Shown here piece after piece: positions 57,218 through 64,000 of a stretch of 64,000 nt of DNA. The stretch's first letter is position 1, and the number at the start of each line of letters is the position of its first letter. Below the pieces are notes generated by a model. It was not told the DNA's origin and searched no databases. It worked only from the letters and a program-made list of their open reading frames with translations. The DNA is from Macrostomum hystrix (taxonomy: Eukaryota > Animalia > Platyhelminthes): contig CATNEN010000003.1 of NCBI GenBank assembly GCA_950097015.1, forward strand, positions 6,448,001 through 6,512,000. The letters are read 5' to 3'. Made by a program: the position numbers and the translations under genes.

Positions 57218-57589
57218 ATGTCTGGACGTGGCAAAGGCGGTAAGACGAAGGCCAAGGCTAGGACCAAGTCCTCTCGCGCGGGCCTGCAGTTCCCAGTTGG
57301 ACGCATTCATCGACTGCTACGCAAGGGCAACTACGCCGAGCGAGTTGGCGCCGGCTCACCAGTCTACCTGGCCGCCGTGCTGGAGTATCTGGCCGCTGAG
57401 GTTCTGGAATTGGCCGGTAATGCCGCCCGAGACAACAAGAAGACTCGCATTATTCCGCGCCACCTGCAGCTGGCTATTCGCAATGATGAGGAGCTGAATA
57501 AGCTGCTCAGCGGTGTCACCGTGGCCCAAGGCGGCGTCCTGCCCAACATCCAGGCTGTCCTTCTGCCCAAGAAATCAGCTAAGGCTTAA
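57218..57589 (+). CDS. H2A: Histone H2A, replication-dependent type
   Basis: [40 protein letters not shown]...[16 protein letters not shown]; intronless; no SQ-E/D-hydrophobic tail, so not H2A.X. Confidence 0.99.
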   Translation: MSGRGKGGKTKAKARTKSSRAGLQFPVGRIHRLLRKGNYAERVGAGSPVYLAAVLEYLAAEVLELAGNAARDNKKTRIIPRHLQLAIRNDEELNKLLSGVTVAQGGVLPNIQAVLLPKKSAKA

Positions 57590-57642
57590 GCAGCGCGCCC
57601 CTGCCCTAAGCCTGACCGAAATGCAAAATCGAACGCTAAAAC

Positions 57643-57658
57643 GGCCCTTTTCAGGGCC
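57643..57658 (+). terminator. Histone 3' stem-loop of H2A (GGCCCTTTTCAGGGCC)
   Basis: Identical to the H2B stem-loop. Confidence 0.95.
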
Positions 57659-58764
57659 ACCACATTCAAATTTTGCTTTTATATCATCTTGCTTTCGACT
57701 AGCACAAATCTAACTGATTGATTGGCCAATTAGTTTTATAACACCGTATCTGAAAATCGATATACAATGATTTCTTGCCGAAATTTCAAGTTTATAAGAA
57801 CAGAAATTGTATTCTCTTGCTTCCTATTTGAGAGCTATCAAATAGGCCAATATCCAGTGGTTTAGGTGGCGCCACATGCATGGGAATGGCAAACGAGGCC
57901 TTCGGAAACATACTCTACTGGATTCACTATTATTACAGTTGATGGCAGGTAAACGAACACAGTAGACTATAAATGCACCTTCAGCAGCAGAGAACTCGTG
58001 TCCTCCAGCAACATTAAACCAGAGTATTTCCCCAGCGGGCAAACAATCTTTGCAAAGCAGACAATGTCCCCTTTAGCAGCGAACTAATGTTCTTTTTTGA
58101 TGACAATAATGTCCCTTAATGTCAACGAATGACCACCCCAATAATAACTAGCAATATCCTAGCAGCCGGCTTCTCAAGAAAGTGCACATTGCAGCTTTTA
58201 ATACACCTTATCCAGCTTCAGAATGCCATTTTTGCTAAAAAAATTGATGCATTGTTTACATTGCCAGGTTGATAAGAAAAAATTTGCTAATTAATTGAAC
58301 ATTCAAATTGAAACTCTTTAGCAGAGAACAATGCCCCACTTTAGCATGCAGTGAACTAATGCCCCCTTTTGCAAAGAACAATGTCGCCCAGCAGGCAACC
58401 AATATCCTTCAGCAGGTAATTACGTATTATCCCGCCTTAGCATTAGGCTAAGACTGGACATTCGTTACAATCAACTTATAAACCGCACTCGCCGTCATGT
58501 TTTTACCTTTCTACTCAGTAAGTAGCAAGTTAAGTAAAATGCACCCGTAAATATATCTATATATATGAAAACCAGTTTCAAGTATGGTGCTACGTTGATT
58601 ATAATCGCGAACCAATGGCAAATTAATTCGGAAAGGGAAGAAGAGTTTTTCAGTTTTTATGCTTTAATAAAAAAGACTATAAATATAAGAAAATATGATG
58701 AAAGAATTTCGAAACAGACTTTCTGCTAAAATCTCGGTGCAAGAAAAGTTTGCTCAAATAAAAA

Positions 58765-59539
58765 ATGGAGGCTTTCAAGGAGGCTTGGCTAGCGATCGAT
58801 CGTCAGGGTCGCGGCTACATCACCGTCGACGATCTCAACGTCTACATGCGCAAGCAGAACTATGACGAGTCGTTCGTGAGGAAGTGGCAGAAATTGTTCG
58901 ACTCGGAAAACACCGGAGTCATCCAGTTGGAGGTCTTCTGCGACGTTCTCGGCCTCAATCTGCGAGAGATTCAAGAGCAGGCCAGATCGAATGCTGCGGC
59001 TGTCGGACTGACGGACGATGTCATCTTCATCAGCGGCGACATGAGCGTCGAGTGGCAGGTCAAGGTTGTCGAAGTCGTTAAGGAGGCCATGCGAGAGACC
59101 GCCAAGATGAGTGTGAGCTATTTGGCCTCTGAGCACAGTTTGAGCACTCTGACCGTATTGAGTGACAATCTTACTGGATTCAACGTTTCCTAGATCTCTC
59201 CCTCTCCCTCTCTATACCTGTCACTCTACGTCCAATTGTTTATCTTAATCCTTCTTCACTTCCATCCAATGTATTTCAATACACCTCTTAAAATGAATGA
59301 TCGACCATCCTCTCTCTCGACTAAAGTTGCCACAGACATGTAAACTGAATGTTTTATCACTACCGCAGGACGTACCAAAGCGAGCCAAGCTGACCCTCGA
59401 CCGCCTCTACGGCCAACTGTGGCACGTGGTGATCGCCCAGGGCCAATTCTGGAGCTACTATGGGCACGAGCCAGCCTATTCGTTTGTGTTCCAGATTGGC
59501 AAACAGGTGTTCATTGTGTTCAAAACGCCACAGCAATGA
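58765..59539 (+). CDS. EF-hand plus dynein-light-chain-like domain protein (tegumental allergen-like, TAL family), 2 exons (58765-59112, 59369-59539), 172 aa
   Basis: EF loops DRQGRGYITVDD and DSENTGVIQLEV; DLC-like DM..EWQ...K..LDRLYGQLWHVVI..G.F...Y.HEP...F.F......F..FKTP; AGT|GTGAGC donor, ccgcag acceptor, phase 0; AATAAA at 59577. Confidence 0.9.
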
Positions 59540-60644
59540 AGCTCCAAAACTGTCTTCTAGAAGCAAGAAACTAAACAATAAATTAATCAACAATTTGACT
59601 ACAGCAGTAATTAGACACATTTTTAGTCTAGGATTCTAAAAAAGAATTTTTTTATTTCTACGTATTTAATATTATGTATTCATTTATTTATCGAATGGCG
59701 TTTCTATGGTAACCGGTAAATTTTTAGTAGAATTAATCAATGCTAATATATTTAGAAATTAGAATATGCAAACTGCTATTCAAATTGATTAGATTTACGT
59801 ATTGAAACAAAAAAGTTGTGATGAAAGTACACTATATTTGATATAAAGTCATATTTTCAGTTTTCGAAAAAATAAATAGCTCACGTTTTTTAATTAGCTA
59901 ATTTTTTTGTTTTAATTATACGTTTTTAAGTGTTTTACATTTTGTTCTAGTTTTTTCATTTCTTAGAAACTTATTTTCTTAGAATCGTAGTATTGTAGAG
60001 TTTTATTATCTTAAAAGTAAGTTTTTTCATAAAATTTCCTTTTCCTATTCCTACAGCCAAGTTCCTAAATAAGTCGTTCGTCAGCTAAGCTTCTAAATTA
60101 GGCATTTAAGAAGTGAGGCTTCACAGCGCCGTACGCAACTCCCATCTTGAGCACTGCTCAGCACTACTCAAATATTAGCTCACCGCGCGGTACGTCAAAA
60201 TGGGTCTGCTGTGCTCATATTTGAGCACATGTATAAATTCGCCATAGCTCGTATGTAGAGCATAGCTGCAACAGCAAACACGTCATGTTAAAAATGCAGC
60301 TTTATTATAGCTGACAAACGAAAATTACTATAAGATATTATTTTTCATTAAACTCGTTAGCAAACACTGCGAATTTGAGGTGTTGTCAAAATTTTCAAAC
60401 TGTACAAATACTTGCTCATCTTTTGACGACACTTTTCTATAAAAAGAAGAAAAAATGCTCTTCGACAATTTCGAGCACATCTTGTAGGCGTTCATGGATG
60501 GACACGTTGATAGTTCAAAGCAAAACGAAAACTGGACAAGCGCCTATAGAATCATGAATAGCCTTATATTATCGATCTGTTCGTCTCCCAGCCTTCGCAT
60601 TGCAGTAATTAGCATGCGAGACTTCCAGTGTTAACTCACACTAA

Positions 60645-61160
60645 CTCTCTCCTCTGTCCCTCACTCTTCTCTCGCTAAATGTCCTCTCCCACTGTCCTCT
60701 CCCTCACTGTCCTCTCCCACTCTCCGCTCCCTCACTGTCCTCTCCCTCACTGTCCTCTCCCACTCTCCGCTCCCTCACTGTCCTCTCCCTCACTGTCCTC
60801 TCCCTCACTGTCCTCTCCCACTCTCCGCTCCCTCACTGTCCTCTCCCTCACTGTCCTCTCCCTCACTGTCCTCTCCCTCACTGTCCTCTCCCTCACTCTC
60901 CGCTCCCTCACAGTCCTCTCCCTCACTGTCCTCTCCCTCACTGTCCTCTCCCTCACTGTCCTCTCCCTCACAGTCCTCTCCCTCACTGTCCTCTCCCTCA
61001 CAGTCCTCTCCCTCACTGTCCTCTCCCTCACAGTCCTCTCCCTCACTGTCCTCTCCCTCACAGTCCTCTCCCTCACTGTCCTCTCCCTCACAGTCCTCTC
61101 CCTCACTGTCCTCTCCCTCACTGTCCTCTCCCTCACTGTCCTCTCCCTCACTGTCCTCTC
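60645..61160. repeat. Minisatellite, 15-bp unit (CTCACTGTCCTCTCC)
   Basis: About 32 units; spurious (LSLTV)n and (RERTV)n ORFs. Confidence 0.96.
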
Positions 61161-61854
61161 CATCTATATTGTCTCTCTCATCATCTGGTTAACTTTACCC
61201 TCTCCACCGATCCATCTCATTATTTTTTTATTTTATCATAATTATACATTTTTTCTGTGATTTGCATTTTATAGTCTGGTTTTAAGGCTTCAATTAGCTT
61301 TGTTCTTAACTCAGACCGTAAAACTCCACCTTATCTAGCAAACCTTTTATTTCCTATTTTTTACCCTGACCCAATTAATTAATTTTCAGCTATTGTATTC
61401 TTCTGTTCCTTAAATAAAATACAATAAAAGCAGGTCTAAGAGTTGGGCCACAATGAATACCTCATGGCGTTTATGACAGTGCTTAACCCTCCTTAAGAAA
61501 CCCATAAGGAAATACATTCTACACTATACCCAGCCAAAGCAAAAGAAATAGTCAAATGTGCATAAACACTCACAAAAAAGCATTGTTATAATTCTTTTAT
61601 AGTATAGAAAAGTCTTTCGCATCAAAGCAAAACAGATGCTTCAGGTTTTTACTAAATTCCTGCGTTTCGTGACAATGTGTGTTACTCTCGACTAGATAGT
61701 AATTGGGTGAGTTGTGTGCTCAAGCATAAATTTTCAGTCTCTTCTATCTTTTACTTGCTTGACGATTATCAAAGTTAGCAGAAAGTTTGCTTGCTGTCTG
61801 GAGTGCCTTTTGGCATCAATTTTGTGTGCGTTTATTTAAACATTTGACTCATCC

Positions 61855-62530
61855 ACATGAGTTGATGGAATGAGCTGATGGAATGAGATGATGGAATGAG
61901 ATGATGGAATGAGATGATGCAATGAGATGATGGAATGAGTTGATGGAATGAGATGATGGAATGAGATGATGCAATGAGATGATGGAATGAGTTGATGGAA
62001 TGAGATGATGGAATGAGATGATGCAATGAGATGATGGAATGAGATGATGGAATGAGATGATGGAATGAGATGATGCAATGAGATGATGGAATGAGATGAT
62101 GGAATGAGTTGATAGAATGAGATGATGGAATGAGATGATGGAATGAGTTGATAGAATGAGTTGATGGAATGAGATGATGGAATGAGATGATGGAATGAGA
62201 TGATGGAATGAGATGATGGAATGAGATGATGGAATGGGTTGATGGAATGAGATGATGGAATGAGATGATGGAATGAGTTGATGGAATGAGATGATGGAAT
62301 GGGTTGATGGAATGAGATGATGGAATGGGTTGATGGAATGAGATGATGGAATGAGATGATGGAATGAGATGATGGAATGAGATGATGGAATGAGATGATG
62401 GAATGAGATGATGGAATGAGATGATGGAATGAGATGATGGAATGAGATGATGGAATGAGATGATGGAATGAGATGATGGAATGAGATGATGGAATGAGTT
62501 GATGGAATGAGATGATGAATTGAGTTGATA
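61855..62530. repeat. Minisatellite, 13-bp unit (GATGGAATGAGAT)
   Basis: About 50 units. Confidence 0.96.
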
Positions 62531-63081
62531 GTATGATGAAACAGTAACTTATCGATGAAGTAAAATTATTCTAGAAAAAACACAGCCTACTTAAAGTACT
62601 ATCGAAATTGTTGCAAGCGAAAAATACAAAAAATTGCCTGTTCTTCTTTACCGTTTAGAAATAGCAAGTTGGCGTTAAAAAATAGCGTTAAAAATAAAAT
62701 TCTGAAATATAAATTTCGTCGAATGGTATTTCGCTTAGTACCGCGCAGAAAAGATAAATAAAAAAAAGTCTACGGAAGCTGAGAATTTCTAGAAGCTAAA
62801 AAAGCAACTCCAATGTTTTTATGGCCCAACCAGAATGATTGAGAAAAAATCTGTAAAAAACAATTTTACTGCTATTGCGAAATGGCAAAGATACCTCCGG
62901 TCTGTATATTGCACACATGGCAGGCCTTCAGTCAGGCAGTAAATAATATTTCCGCCAGTTTCAATTCCTGGCCATTTTTTCTTTTTTTGGACTTCACGCG
63001 CGGACATCAACCAAGCTCTGCATGGCGGGTTTTGGTAAATACCAACACGAGCGCTAGATACTGACTTTCAACTACTTAGAC

Positions 63082-63770
63082 CTCTCCCGTCTCATCTCTC
63101 CCCTGTATGATCTCTCCCCTGTCTGATCTCTCCCCTGTCTGATCTCTCCCCTGTCTCATCTCTCCCCGTCTTATCTCTCCCCTGTCTCATCTCTCCCCTG
63201 TCTCATCTGTACCCTGTCTTATCTCTCCCCTGTCTCATCTCTCCCCTGTCTCATCTCTCCCGTCTCATCTCTCCCCTGTCTCATCTCTCCCGTCTTATTT
63301 CTCCCCTGTCTCATCTCTCCCCAGTCTCATCTCTCCCCAGTCTCATCTCTCCCCTGTCTTATCTGTCCCCTGTCTCATCTGTCCCCTGTCTCATCTGTCC
63401 CCTGTCTCATATCACCCCTCTCTCATCTCACCGTGCCTCATCTCACCCGTGTCTCATCTCTCCCCGTCTTATCTCTCCCCTGTCTCATCTCTCCCCTGTC
63501 TCATCTGTACCCTATCTTATCTGTCCCCTGTCTCATCTCTCCCCAGTCTCATCTCTCCCCTGTCTCATCTGTACCCTGTCTTATCTGTCCCCTGTCTCAT
63601 CTCTCCCCTGTCTCATCTCACCCGTGTCTCATCTCCCCCGTGTCTCATCTCACCCGTGTCTCATCTCTCCCCTATCTCATCTCTCACCTGTATCATCTCT
63701 CACCTGTCTCATCTCCCCCGTGTCTGATCTCTACCGTGTCGCATCTCTCGCCTATCTCGTCTCTCTCATG
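63082..63770. repeat. Minisatellite, 16-bp unit (CTCATCTCTCCCCTGT), inverted relative of 24730-25005
   Basis: About 42 units. Confidence 0.95.
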
Positions 63771-64000
63771 GCTCTTATCTTGCATGTCTCAGCAATAAAT
63801 AAATACAAATATAAAAGAAGGTAGAGGCCCACTCACTCATAGGAAGCCCTTATCTCATCTTATAAATGTGGTGCAATCTGCAGCACCAAGTCACAGCAGT
63901 GTATAGACGCAGTAAAATGATGAACCGCCTGTCGCTTAGCGACTAGTTTTTCTTTCTTTTTCGCATCTTCGCCTTGCGTTTCGGTGCACTTTTAAAGTCA

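Overview
Eukaryotic (animal) genomic DNA. GC-rich, polyQ-containing exons sit among very dense, diverse minisatellites, and there is an EF-hand/dynein-light-chain (TAL) gene. This points to a flatworm; the architecture resembles the free-living Macrostomum (inference). Six protein-coding genes were reconstructed by hand from GT-AG junctions and frame continuity: (1) a PAN/Apple plus C-type-lectin-like gene (+, ~14.8-15.6 kb); (2) an 8-exon, ~1283-aa, ~13-finger C2H2 zinc-finger gene with an N-terminal eh1-like motif (-, 16800-26628); (3) a 10-exon THOC2 (-, 37584-49577, ~1396 aa); (4, 5) a divergent, intronless, stem-loop-type H2B/H2A pair; (6) a 2-exon TAL-like gene (+, 58765-59539). Mobile DNA: two inverted copies of a ~260-280 bp MITE with 14-bp TIRs and perfect 8-bp TSDs, one nested in an older inverted-repeat element; five copies of a tRNA-headed SINE; and two copies of an unidentified hairpin-rich ~200 bp repeat. 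About 30 tandem arrays (13-77 bp units) are present. Every THOC2 intron and most zinc-finger introns carry their own array, many sharing a GGGATT/AATCCC core. Most long ORFs in the supplied track are repeat artefacts. No CRISPR, rRNA or intact tRNA gene was found. All coordinates were read by eye; array boundaries are approximate.
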